Assembly: GCA_040878395.1 (NCBI GenBank)
Contig: JBBDMI010000006.1
Span: 67,145-131,144, forward strand
Length of the DNA stretch: 64,000 nucleotides
From: Candidatus Babelota bacterium
GTDB taxonomy: Bacteria; Babelota; Babeliae; Babelales; Vermiphilaceae
Direction: 5' to 3'
Each line of letters begins with the position of its first letter. Position 1 is the stretch's first letter. The position numbers and the translations under genes were made by a program. The notes below the pieces were generated by a model, which searched no databases, was not told the DNA's origin, and was given only the letters and a program-made list of their open reading frames with translations. Below are positions 45,899 through 54,661 of this stretch, in pieces.

Positions 45899-46996
45899 CT
45901 ATATTTCCAACTGTGCTATTTTTTGGCCTACAGTCATAACGCCGGACATTTGTTCATTATTTAGCAACTCTTGCTCATCAGCTTTAATCATGATACTAAC
46001 CAATTCATAAAAGGTGACCTTTGGTTTCCACTGCAAAATCTTTTCTGCTTTTGAAGCATCACCACGCAATTGCTCAACCTCTGTTGGTCTAAAATATTGT
46101 GGATCTACTGCGACAATTTTATTTCCTGTATCAGCATCAATTGCATAAGCATCTTTACCGTGGCCAAGCCATTGCAACTTAATATCCACACATGCAAACG
46201 CCAAATCAACAAATTCACGGACACTGTGCATCTGCCCGGTCGCAATAACTAAATCATGCGGTCTCTCTTGTTGTAACATAAGCCACATAGCCTCTACATA
46301 ATCTTTTGCATATCCCCAATCACGCTTTGCATCTAAATTACCCAAATATAATGTTTGTTGCACGCCATGTTTTATGCGCACAGCTGCACGGGTAATTTTA
46401 CGCGTTACAAAAGTCTCACCACGCATTGGAGATTCATGATTAAATAAAATACCATTACATGCAAACATGCCATAGGCTTCGCGATAATTTTTTGTTATCC
46501 AATATGCATACAGTTTTGCTGCAGCATACGGCGAACGTGGTGCAAATGGGGTATGTTCATTCTGTGGACACTCAGTCGCATTACCATATAATTCACTCGT
46601 GGAAGCTTGATAAAAACGTACTTTTTCAGTTAAACCTAAAATACGAATAGCTTCTAACATACGCAGTGTGCCAAGTCCATCAGCTTGTGCTGTATACTCC
46701 GGTGTTTCAAATGAAACTGCAACATGACTTTGCGCTGCTAAATGATAAATCTCATCAGGTTGAATTTCCTGAATAACACGGATTAAATTGGTAGAATCGG
46801 TGACATCGCCATAATGCAACTGAAAGCGTCGCTCAGGCGATTCATGTTGATCTTGAAATAGGTGGTCAACACGTGAAGTATTAAATGAAGAAGAGCGCCG
46901 CTTGATGCCATGCACTTCATATCCTTTTTGCAATAACAGCTCTGCTAAATATGAACCATCTTGTCCGGTGACACCGGTAATAAGCGCTCTTTTCAT
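45899..46996 (-). CDS. gmd: GDP-mannose 4,6-dehydratase (canonical, no leader)
   Basis: [75 protein letters not shown] 7 nt upstream of the ATG. Confidence 0.9.
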   Translation of the reverse strand: MKRALITGVTGQDGSYLAELLLQKGYEVHGIKRRSSSFNTSRVDHLFQDQHESPERRFQLHYGDVTDSTNLIRVIQEIQPDEIYHLAAQSHVAVSFETPEYTAQADGLGTLRMLEAIRILGLTEKVRFYQASTSELYGNATECPQNEHTPFAPRSPYAAAKLYAYWITKNYREAYGMFACNGILFNHESPMRGETFVTRKITRAAVRIKHGVQQTLYLGNLDAKRDWGYAKDYVEAMWLMLQQERPHDLVIATGQMHSVREFVDLAFACVDIKLQWLGHGKDAYAIDADTGNKIVAVDPQYFRPTEVEQLRGDASKAEKILQWKPKVTFYELVSIMIKADEQELLNNEQMSGVMTVGQKIAQLEI

Positions 46997-47101
46997 TGTG
47001 CTATCCTTACTTTATTACAAATACAGAGTAAATGCATTTAATTTTGAATCTAAAAACTGTTTTTTAAGTTCATTCATCACTCTTTACAATAAAAATCATT
47101 T

Positions 47102-47295
47102 CCATTTTGTCATTCCTGAAGGGAATCCAGTGGTAACCGGTATGATTTTTAAGAAAACCTTGCCAAAATGATTTATAATTTTTTTACAAATTATTTTTGA
47201 TAATATTCCTTTGATTATTGAACAATCTTCTTTGCCCAGTCTTTGTCCAAACTATGCCGGTTACCGCTGGATCCCCTTCAGGGATGACAAAATGG
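47102..47295. mobile_element. MITE-like element, second full-length copy (inverted relative to 6203..6384)
   Basis: Ends are ccattttgtcattcctgaagggaatccagtggtaaccgg and ccggttaccgctggatccccttcagggatgacaaaatgg. The reverse complement of the core shares aataatcaaaggaatattatca...ataccggttacc with the 6.2-kb copy. A 13-nt terminal fragment gatgacaaaatag recurs at 47353-47365. Confidence 0.8.
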
Positions 47296-47408
47296 GCAAA
47301 TTACTTTGTTTTTTGCACCTGAATTGTCACATTAAATTGTTTAAACATACTTGATGACAAAATAGGAGGTTATTTCATTTTAAGTAAATTTAAAAACATT
47401 TGCCCTAA

Positions 47409-48530
47409 TTACAGATGTTTTTTATAACTACCTTGTTTTAATAATTTTACAATGCCACGCACATTTTCCGCAGCATCACGCTTGGTAATCAACAGTGCAT
47501 CATCAACTTCGACAACACACAAATCATCAACACCAACAAGCGCAACCAATTTACCCGGGACATCAACTAAATTATTACGTGCATCAACACCAATAAAATT
47601 CGCATCCAAAGTGTTATACTGTTGTTTCAATGACAAAAACACCTCAATGTTTCCTACATCACACCAAGAAAAATCAACCGGCATAACCGAAACATGCTTG
47701 CTTCGTTCCATAACGGCATAATCAATTGAATCGGCAACAACTTTTTCATAGCTACCAACATTGTCTAAGTAGTTTTTAACACCTGCGAACATTTCCGATG
47801 CTTCTTGTTGAAACTCACGCATAAACGTTGAAGCCTGTGCACAAAAAATACTTATATTCCAAAGTTTATTGCCTTGTTCGATATATTGTTGTGCAACTTC
47901 GAATGACGGCTTTTCACGGAAACGACTCACTTTATATGGCGCTTGTTGCTCTAATGCATCCTGTGGATCAAATTCAATATATCCATAACCGGTTGCAGGA
48001 TAAGTCGGCTCTACACCAAGTAGTACGATATCATCATGCTTTGTTGCATGATCAACTGCATGATCTAAAAAGTCTCTACACTTTTCCCAATCACGTTTTG
48101 GAATAAACGGATCTGCCGGCAGGAAAACAATAACAGCATTTGGATCAATTGCATGGATTTCCATACAACATAATAAAATTGCAGGTCCGGTGTTGCGCGA
48201 ACCAGGCTCAACTAAAATACGCCCAACACGATGCTCAACAGATAACCGAATGTTTTCTTCATGCTTAGCTGTTGTACTTATCCAAATATGATCTTTTGTT
48301 GTCATCGGCGCAATACGATCAATTGCTTGCTCAAGTAACGTAACATCAGAACCTAATGTTAATAGCTGTTTTGGCTTGCATTGTCGACTCAACGGCCATA
48401 AGCGAGAACCATCACCACCGGCTAAAATAACACAATACAGATTTTTTTTATTCATATTAGTTCCGTGTGCTGTAAATGCTGAACATGCGACCAATAAACA
48501 CGCAAATAGTTTTTTACCATGAAATACCAT
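47409..48530 (-). CDS. manC: mannose-1-phosphate guanylyltransferase with signal peptide-like leader
   Basis: YCVILAGGDGSRLWPLSRQCKPKQLL plus an NTP-transferase fold. The start at Met13 (MVFHGKKLFACLLVACSAFTAHG) has AGGAG 7 nt upstream. An internal Met38 (48455, MNKKNLYCVILAGG) would give a canonical leaderless form but has no clear SD. Confidence 0.8.
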   Translation of the reverse strand: MVFHGKKLFACLLVACSAFTAHGTNMNKKNLYCVILAGGDGSRLWPLSRQCKPKQLLTLGSDVTLLEQAIDRIAPMTTKDHIWISTTAKHEENIRLSVEHRVGRILVEPGSRNTGPAILLCCMEIHAIDPNAVIVFLPADPFIPKRDWEKCRDFLDHAVDHATKHDDIVLLGVEPTYPATGYGYIEFDPQDALEQQAPYKVSRFREKPSFEVAQQYIEQGNKLWNISIFCAQASTFMREFQQEASEMFAGVKNYLDNVGSYEKVVADSIDYAVMERSKHVSVMPVDFSWCDVGNIEVFLSLKQQYNTLDANFIGVDARNNLVDVPGKLVALVGVDDLCVVEVDDALLITKRDAAENVRGIVKLLKQGSYKKHL

Positions 48531-49854
48531 ACCAATGCTCCTTTTTTTTGGTAATATAACAAACAACTATTTTCCATATACCAACCGATGTCAATAACAT
48601 TAAAATCGGTTCAAAAACAATACGATATCGACAGCATCCGTCAATACCTGTTGGAAAGCTCAAACTGATCATCATTACTACAAAAAACCAGCCAATTAAA
48701 CTATTCATTTTAAAAACAACATATAATCCAACAATTGTCAGCAATAAACGAATGATTGACCATATCAATTCAAACCATGTAATATTCTCAACCCATTTGT
48801 GTGAAGTGCCGCCCATAATATAGTGATGTATACGTTGAGTCAAAGAACCTGATTGCACAAAAAAAGAATGCGCCATTTTATGTCGCTCCGGCTCAAGTAA
48901 TCTTTTGAGTTGCGTACTATACAAACCAAGCCATGTTTTGCACACATTAACAAACCAAATGCGCACAAATGTAAAAGGATGTTTTTTTAGGTAGGTATAA
49001 AAAATTTTTTTTGCCGGTTGCCACCCCTGATCATCCAAACTATGTTTTCCCGCAAAACGCAACTCTGTTTCTATAATCTCTTGTGGATCTTTTTGTTCAA
49101 CAGAGCCGATTACTTTTGCTAACAAAACTTGATACAGATTCACTTGGGCTGTAGGCGCAAAAGCAAAACAACCGTACTGCACATAATTACGCGTCATATA
49201 CATGGTTAATGGCAAAAAAAATGAAAACAACAATAATAATATATTTTTTATTTTAGAATGATGCATTGCAAAAAAGGTAATAATAGAAAGGCAAACAACA
49301 AACAACATTGCAACTGGTTTTATCAACATTGAAATACCTAAAAATAATCCCGAAAAACACAATGCACTGCTATCATGCGTTTTTAAAAAAGTAAGATAAC
49401 GCTCAACAAACAATAATAAAACAACCAATAAAAGCGTTTCGGCTAAAATCAATTGTGGATACACATAAAATCCAATAGTACCTAAAAAACAAAAAGCAGT
49501 AATGGCAGCTATCATTTTATTAAAAAAAGTAGATGCAATATGCATTAACAATAAAAGTGCACAACTCATAAGTAATATTTGCACGATAATAATTGGTGTA
49601 ATAGTATGCCCAAATAGTGTAAATAGTACCCCCATCACAAATGGGTATCCCACCGGCTGAATAGGAGCACTATTTACACTATTTGGGTCAGTCAAGGTTC
49701 CTGTTTGCGCAAAATGCCAAGCGATTGGATCATAGCCATAGGAATCAACATCATAATGACCCTGCGGTTTTGGCACAAAAAAATATAACGTAGTTGCAAA
49801 AAAAAGATACACTAGAATAAAAACAAATGATTCTTTTTGCACGTTAAGCAACAT
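48514..49854 (-). CDS. polytopic GT-C-fold membrane glycosyltransferase (ArnT/PMT-like)
   Basis: About 10 or more hydrophobic helices. An N-terminal loop with YGYDPIAWHF and PIQPVGYPFVMGVLFTLFG is typical of the GT39/GT83-type. It is the only polytopic protein in the island. Confidence 0.45.
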   Translation of the reverse strand: MLLNVQKESFVFILVYLFFATTLYFFVPKPQGHYDVDSYGYDPIAWHFAQTGTLTDPNSVNSAPIQPVGYPFVMGVLFTLFGHTITPIIIVQILLMSCALLLLMHIASTFFNKMIAAITAFCFLGTIGFYVYPQLILAETLLLVVLLLFVERYLTFLKTHDSSALCFSGLFLGISMLIKPVAMLFVVCLSIITFFAMHHSKIKNILLLLFSFFLPLTMYMTRNYVQYGCFAFAPTAQVNLYQVLLAKVIGSVEQKDPQEIIETELRFAGKHSLDDQGWQPAKKIFYTYLKKHPFTFVRIWFVNVCKTWLGLYSTQLKRLLEPERHKMAHSFFVQSGSLTQRIHHYIMGGTSHKWVENITWFELIWSIIRLLLTIVGLYVVFKMNSLIGWFFVVMMISLSFPTGIDGCCRYRIVFEPILMLLTSVGIWKIVVCYITKKKEHWYGISW

Positions 49855-52006
49855 CTTGCGATCCACCACTATTACATGCCAACGCATCAATTATCAAAGT
49901 TAGCTCTGCAACACGATCTAAACGCTCATATGAAATTGGCGGGTTAAATGTTGGCTGGCTACATGCATCAAAAAACTGTTTTAACAAAGTAGCATGCCCC
50001 TTATCTTGGCAACTGCTTTGTTCATCAAAACCGGTATACAGTCCGTACCCTTTGAGCGTTTTATAATCATCCATAACAATAGATTTACCATCAAAGAAAA
50101 GCTCCATGCGCTCTTTTGGTAAATGCTTACTGCCCACAGAAGTATATAACAATGAACAGACAGACCCATCTTCAAAACTCATTTGCACTGAAAAATTATC
50201 GGTCGGAAAAATATTTTCATTTGCACTGTGCATCGATTCAACAGAAACTGCAATCGGTTTTGTATTGGTTAAATAGCAAAAAAGATCAACAATATGACAT
50301 GCTTCACCAATTATTCTTCCTGCCCCAATATCAGTTTGCACCCAATGATCTTTGGAAATAAATCCTGCATTCATACGGTAATGCATAATCATTGGGCCGG
50401 AACGTTTATCCGTTTCTTTTTTTATTTTTTGTATAAACGGCGCAAATGAACGATTATAATCAACACAAAATGGAGCGTTCGGATACATTTTTAAGAAGCT
50501 ACGCATATCTTGTAACTGTTGCCAATCAGTAACCATAGGTTTTTCTAGAAAAACTGCCTTTCCATGCGATAACGCGTCCATAGACTGAGCTGCATGAAAT
50601 TTGTGCGGAGAAGCAATCACAACCGCATCAACAACATCTTCGGTGAACAAATCAGTATAATCTGAACATGCTTTTGCGGCACCATATACTTTAGAACTAT
50701 TCATTGAAGAAGTAACATCAACATCTGCAACAGCATTAATTTTTGTATTTTTTAATTTTGAAATAGCGGGCATTAATTTAACTTTTGCAAAACCACCGGC
50801 ACCAATCATCCCCACCCGAATCACATCTCTACGCGCAGGAATAAATCTAACATCACATGATTTTTCATCTTTTTTTTCATCACTATGCTCTGTATGTTCA
50901 TCTACATCATAAGCAACTAATACACCCAAGCCATTTTGCTCTCTGATATGTTCATAGGCTTGCGCAATCGTATCAAGAGTTGCTTCCTGCGTTGCTAACA
51001 TTGAAATATCTATTTCATCTTTTTGCAATAGTTGTACAAATGCCTGCATATTACGATTTTCAGTCCAACGTACATAAGGCAATGGATAATCAACTCCTTG
51101 TTGCTCATAGACCGGATCATAACGTCCCGGACCATATGAACATGAAATCTTAAAGTCAATCTCTTTTGAATAAAATGGACTGCGATCAAATTGTAAATTT
51201 ACATCACCAACCAAAACTACTTTGCCTTTTTTGCGCGTTAACTCCATCGCTTGTTGCACAAGGGTATCACCTTGTGCAGCGGCAGTAATAATAGTTGCAT
51301 CAACACCATAATGATGAGTAATATAATCAATTTCCTGCTTGATGTTATCACTTGTAGGATGCAATACCCAATCAGCTCCGGCTTGCTTTGCTAAATCTAA
51401 ACGATCTTCCAGTAAATCAATACCAACAACATTACATCCGGATTTTTTTGCCAACTGCACAGTCAATTGCCCAATCAACCCCAGGCCGATAACACATACA
51501 TTTTCACCCAACTTTAAATCTGCTTGTCGAATACCTTGCAAAGCGATTGCACCAATTGTGGTGATACTAGCTTCTTTTAAATGCGTTTGACTCACCTTCA
51601 CCGTCAAATGTTCCGGCACACAAACCAAGTCTGCATGATGAGCATAACCTGCTCCGGCACACGCAACATAATCACCAATGCGCAACTGTCTCACTTTACT
51701 TCCGACCGCAAGAACACGACCTGAACATGAATAACCTAATGCTTGTGATTCACCTTTTAATTTACTTTTTATTAAAGCAGCAGTGCCTTCAATGCCATGA
51801 GACGCAACCGATTCTAATACTTTTTTTATTTTTGTCGTAGCATTCGAAAACAATGAGTTTTGTTCTGCTTGCGCAATAGTCGCAGATTCAGTGCCTGAAC
51901 TAATAAACGAATAATGCACTGCAACCAAAACATCGTATGCGTCCATCGCAGGTTGACATACCTCTTTTACAACAACTGCACCTTTTTGCAAAAATACTTG
52001 CCTCAT
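49844..52006 (-). CDS. two-domain oxidoreductase: N-terminal MDR/zinc-alcohol-dehydrogenase-like plus C-terminal Gfo/Idh/MocA
   Basis: GYSCSGRVLAVGSKV and VCVIGLGLIGQLTVQLAKKSGCNVVGIDL (MDR Rossmann). Then IRVGMIGAGGFAKVKLMPAI and VVIASPHKFHAAQSMDALSHGKAVFLEKPM (Gfo/Idh/MocA). ATGA overlap with wecBC, with AGGAG upstream. Confidence 0.7.
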   Translation of the reverse strand: MRQVFLQKGAVVVKEVCQPAMDAYDVLVAVHYSFISSGTESATIAQAEQNSLFSNATTKIKKVLESVASHGIEGTAALIKSKLKGESQALGYSCSGRVLAVGSKVRQLRIGDYVACAGAGYAHHADLVCVPEHLTVKVSQTHLKEASITTIGAIALQGIRQADLKLGENVCVIGLGLIGQLTVQLAKKSGCNVVGIDLLEDRLDLAKQAGADWVLHPTSDNIKQEIDYITHHYGVDATIITAAAQGDTLVQQAMELTRKKGKVVLVGDVNLQFDRSPFYSKEIDFKISCSYGPGRYDPVYEQQGVDYPLPYVRWTENRNMQAFVQLLQKDEIDISMLATQEATLDTIAQAYEHIREQNGLGVLVAYDVDEHTEHSDEKKDEKSCDVRFIPARRDVIRVGMIGAGGFAKVKLMPAISKLKNTKINAVADVDVTSSMNSSKVYGAAKACSDYTDLFTEDVVDAVVIASPHKFHAAQSMDALSHGKAVFLEKPMVTDWQQLQDMRSFLKMYPNAPFCVDYNRSFAPFIQKIKKETDKRSGPMIMHYRMNAGFISKDHWVQTDIGAGRIIGEACHIVDLFCYLTNTKPIAVSVESMHSANENIFPTDNFSVQMSFEDGSVCSLLYTSVGSKHLPKERMELFFDGKSIVMDDYKTLKGYGLYTGFDEQSSCQDKGHATLLKQFFDACSQPTFNPPISYERLDRVAELTLIIDALACNSGGSQDVA

Positions 52007-54582
52007 CCTAACTCCTGGCTACGTTCGACATGTGTATAATAGTGTACTTCATCTTCCGGCATGAAAAATTCTAATGAACTTGCAGGCCAATACAGATGTT
52101 TTTTATCAGTTTGCTTTTCTGTATGCAAAATGCCACAAAAATCTAAAACTTTTTTGTTTTGTAAAATTTTCTTATCAATTGCTCTAAATCGTGTATGTCC
52201 AACAAGAAAAACAACGACATCAGCTTTTTGTAAGCCTTCAGTAATTGAAATTGCCTCGTCCGGATAAAGTGCTGTTAATTTTTGCTGATTTAAATGTGGT
52301 TCACACACCATCATATTAATACTGCCATTTTCTTTAACCAAATCTGCAATACGAACCGCAGGTGACTCTCGCATATCATCAACATCAGGCTTATAGGTCA
52401 ATCCCATTAATAAAACATTACATTTTTTTGTAGCTTGATTACACCATTGGCGTGCAGCTTTAAAAATATATTCAACAACCTGTAAAGGACGCCCATCATT
52501 TATGTTACGCGCAGACTGTAATAGCTTTGTTTTTGTATTGAATGTTTCAATTAAAAACCATGGATCAACTGCAATGCAATGCCCGCCAACACCACATGAT
52601 GGTTTTAAAATATTCACACGCGGATGCTTGTTGGCAAGTTCAATAACTTCATAAGGATTCAAACCAACCGCATATGCCATTGATGCAACTTGGTGAGCAA
52701 ATGCAATTTGCGTATCACGAGAACTATTTTCAATAAGCTTTACCATTTCAGCGGTTTTTGCATCGGTTAAATAAATATTACCGGTTACAAATGGTTTATA
52801 TAATTCCTGTGCTGCATATACTGAAGCTTGATTAATACCACCCAGTACGCGATCATTTTCTACTAATTCCTTAAAAATCTTACCCGGCAATACACGCTCA
52901 GGGCAATGTGCAACAAAAAAATCTGTGCCCACAAGTAAACCTGACTCTTGTTGTAGAAATTGTGCCAATTTTTCTGTAGCACCAACCGGAACTGTTGACT
53001 CCAAAATCACAACATCATTTTTTTTAAGCACTGATGCAATTGTCTTGCCGGCACTAAATACATAACTTAAGTCCGCTTGTTTGTTTTCTTTAAATGGTGT
53101 GGGAACTGCAATAATAAAAAAATCTGATTGAGTAATCTTAGTGGTTGCACAAAATCTATCTGTTTGCAAAGCAATTTGTAATTTTTCAAAAAGATCCGGT
53201 TCTTTAATGACCGGCTCACCTTGGTTAATTGCGTCAACACGTTGTTGATCAATATCAAAACCAACGACATCAAAACCTGATTCAGCACACACAATTGAGG
53301 TTGGCAAACCGATGTAACCTAAGCCCAATACGGTAACTTTTTTCATTATTCCCCTTGTTTTACATTTTTCAAAAGGCATATTTTTCATTGAAGACAGATT
53401 GTCAATCTGTCCATTTTCTGCCTGTTTTTTACTCACCGGTAGTTTAGCTTCTTTTTTTAAATGTGTCTTTAAAATTTCCGCTATTTTTTCCGATGCAAAT
53501 CCATCGCCATATATAACAGATGGCAAAGTAGTATCATTTTGCATATAAATGTTCTGCAATGCACTGTTTAATTTTTGTTGATCAGTGCCAACCAACTGTG
53601 CAAGCCCCTCAATCACCCCTTCTTTACGTTCCGTTTTTTCACGCAAAACAATCGTCGGTTTTCCCAAACTTATTGCCTCTTCTTGAATGCCTCCTGAATC
53701 GGTTAATACAAAATCAGCATGACTCAAAAGATATACTAAATCTTGATAAGGCAATGGCTCAGAAACATAACAATTATTCAGTTCCGAAAGACCAATTTCT
53801 TGCAACACATCAACAACATGAGGATTAGGATGAAATGGATATACACAAAAAACATCTTCATAGTTTTGCAAAAAAGTTTGCACCGTTTGCAATACACGTT
53901 TTATACCACCATTGAATGACTCACGACGATGCATGGTCAACAACACCAATTTTTTATTATCCGCTTTGCATTGCTGCACCATTTTTTTTATATGGGATGA
54001 AATTACAATTTCATTTGATACAATTTTATTTTGCATAATGCGTAATGCATCAACCACCGTATTACCGGTACAAAATAGTTTTTGTTCATCAATCTGTTCT
54101 GCACGTAAATTATCTAACGCTAATGATGTCGGCGCAAAATGAAACTGTGCAAAAGTTGAAACAACACGCCGATTCATTTCTTCAGGAAATGGCGCATATA
54201 TATCGTCAGTGCGCAAACCGGCCTCAATATGACCAACCGGAATTTTGAGATAAAATGCTGCCATCGCAGCAGCCATAGTGGAAGTGGTATCACCTTGCAC
54301 TAACACCAATGAAGGTTGTACTTTTTGAAAAACCTCTTTTGTTTTTTGTAATAATGATTGTGTCACATAAAAAAGATCTTGCTTAATCCTCATTACACCC
54401 AAATCAATATCAGGCATGACACCAAATAGATCAAAAACATCTTGCAACAGTTGATCATGTTGCATCGTTGAACATAAAACAACCGGCACATCTGCTTCCT
54501 TTAAAGCAAAATATACTGGTAACATTTTTATACCTTCAGGACGTGTACCAATAATTAAAACAATAGGTGAACTGCTCGCCAT
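52003..54582 (-). CDS. fused UDP-GlcNAc 2-epimerase (WecB) / UDP-ManNAc dehydrogenase (WecC)
   Basis: N-terminal part: VLIIGTRPEGIKMLPV, VQGDTTST, GHIEAGLRT, HRRES, DSGGIQEEA. C-terminal part: VTVLGLGYIGLPTSIVCAESGFDVVGFDID, CPERVLPG, GVGGHCI. A single uninterrupted 859-aa ORF. Confidence 0.85.
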   Translation of the reverse strand: MASSSPIVLIIGTRPEGIKMLPVYFALKEADVPVVLCSTMQHDQLLQDVFDLFGVMPDIDLGVMRIKQDLFYVTQSLLQKTKEVFQKVQPSLVLVQGDTTSTMAAAMAAFYLKIPVGHIEAGLRTDDIYAPFPEEMNRRVVSTFAQFHFAPTSLALDNLRAEQIDEQKLFCTGNTVVDALRIMQNKIVSNEIVISSHIKKMVQQCKADNKKLVLLTMHRRESFNGGIKRVLQTVQTFLQNYEDVFCVYPFHPNPHVVDVLQEIGLSELNNCYVSEPLPYQDLVYLLSHADFVLTDSGGIQEEAISLGKPTIVLREKTERKEGVIEGLAQLVGTDQQKLNSALQNIYMQNDTTLPSVIYGDGFASEKIAEILKTHLKKEAKLPVSKKQAENGQIDNLSSMKNMPFEKCKTRGIMKKVTVLGLGYIGLPTSIVCAESGFDVVGFDIDQQRVDAINQGEPVIKEPDLFEKLQIALQTDRFCATTKITQSDFFIIAVPTPFKENKQADLSYVFSAGKTIASVLKKNDVVILESTVPVGATEKLAQFLQQESGLLVGTDFFVAHCPERVLPGKIFKELVENDRVLGGINQASVYAAQELYKPFVTGNIYLTDAKTAEMVKLIENSSRDTQIAFAHQVASMAYAVGLNPYEVIELANKHPRVNILKPSCGVGGHCIAVDPWFLIETFNTKTKLLQSARNINDGRPLQVVEYIFKAARQWCNQATKKCNVLLMGLTYKPDVDDMRESPAVRIADLVKENGSINMMVCEPHLNQQKLTALYPDEAISITEGLQKADVVVFLVGHTRFRAIDKKILQNKKVLDFCGILHTEKQTDKKHLYWPASSLEFFMPEDEVHYYTHVERSQELG

Positions 54583-54661
54583 TTTTTACCTTGCACTAAT
54601 TTGTGAATCAAATTGATGCAGTTCACCTTACCATATCGTTTTTTATTCGTAAATTTTGTTT

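Noticed and set aside
48455-48455. Re-annotating ManC (and Fcl at 40833) from internal Met codons so that the hydrophobic leaders disappear.
   Set aside because: The upstream starts have much better SD motifs (AGGAG 7 nt before ManC Met13; GGAGA before Fcl Met1/2), whereas the internal Mets do not. Gmd copy 1 has no internal Met option at all. I kept this as an alternative (dual-isoform) hypothesis rather than as the annotation.
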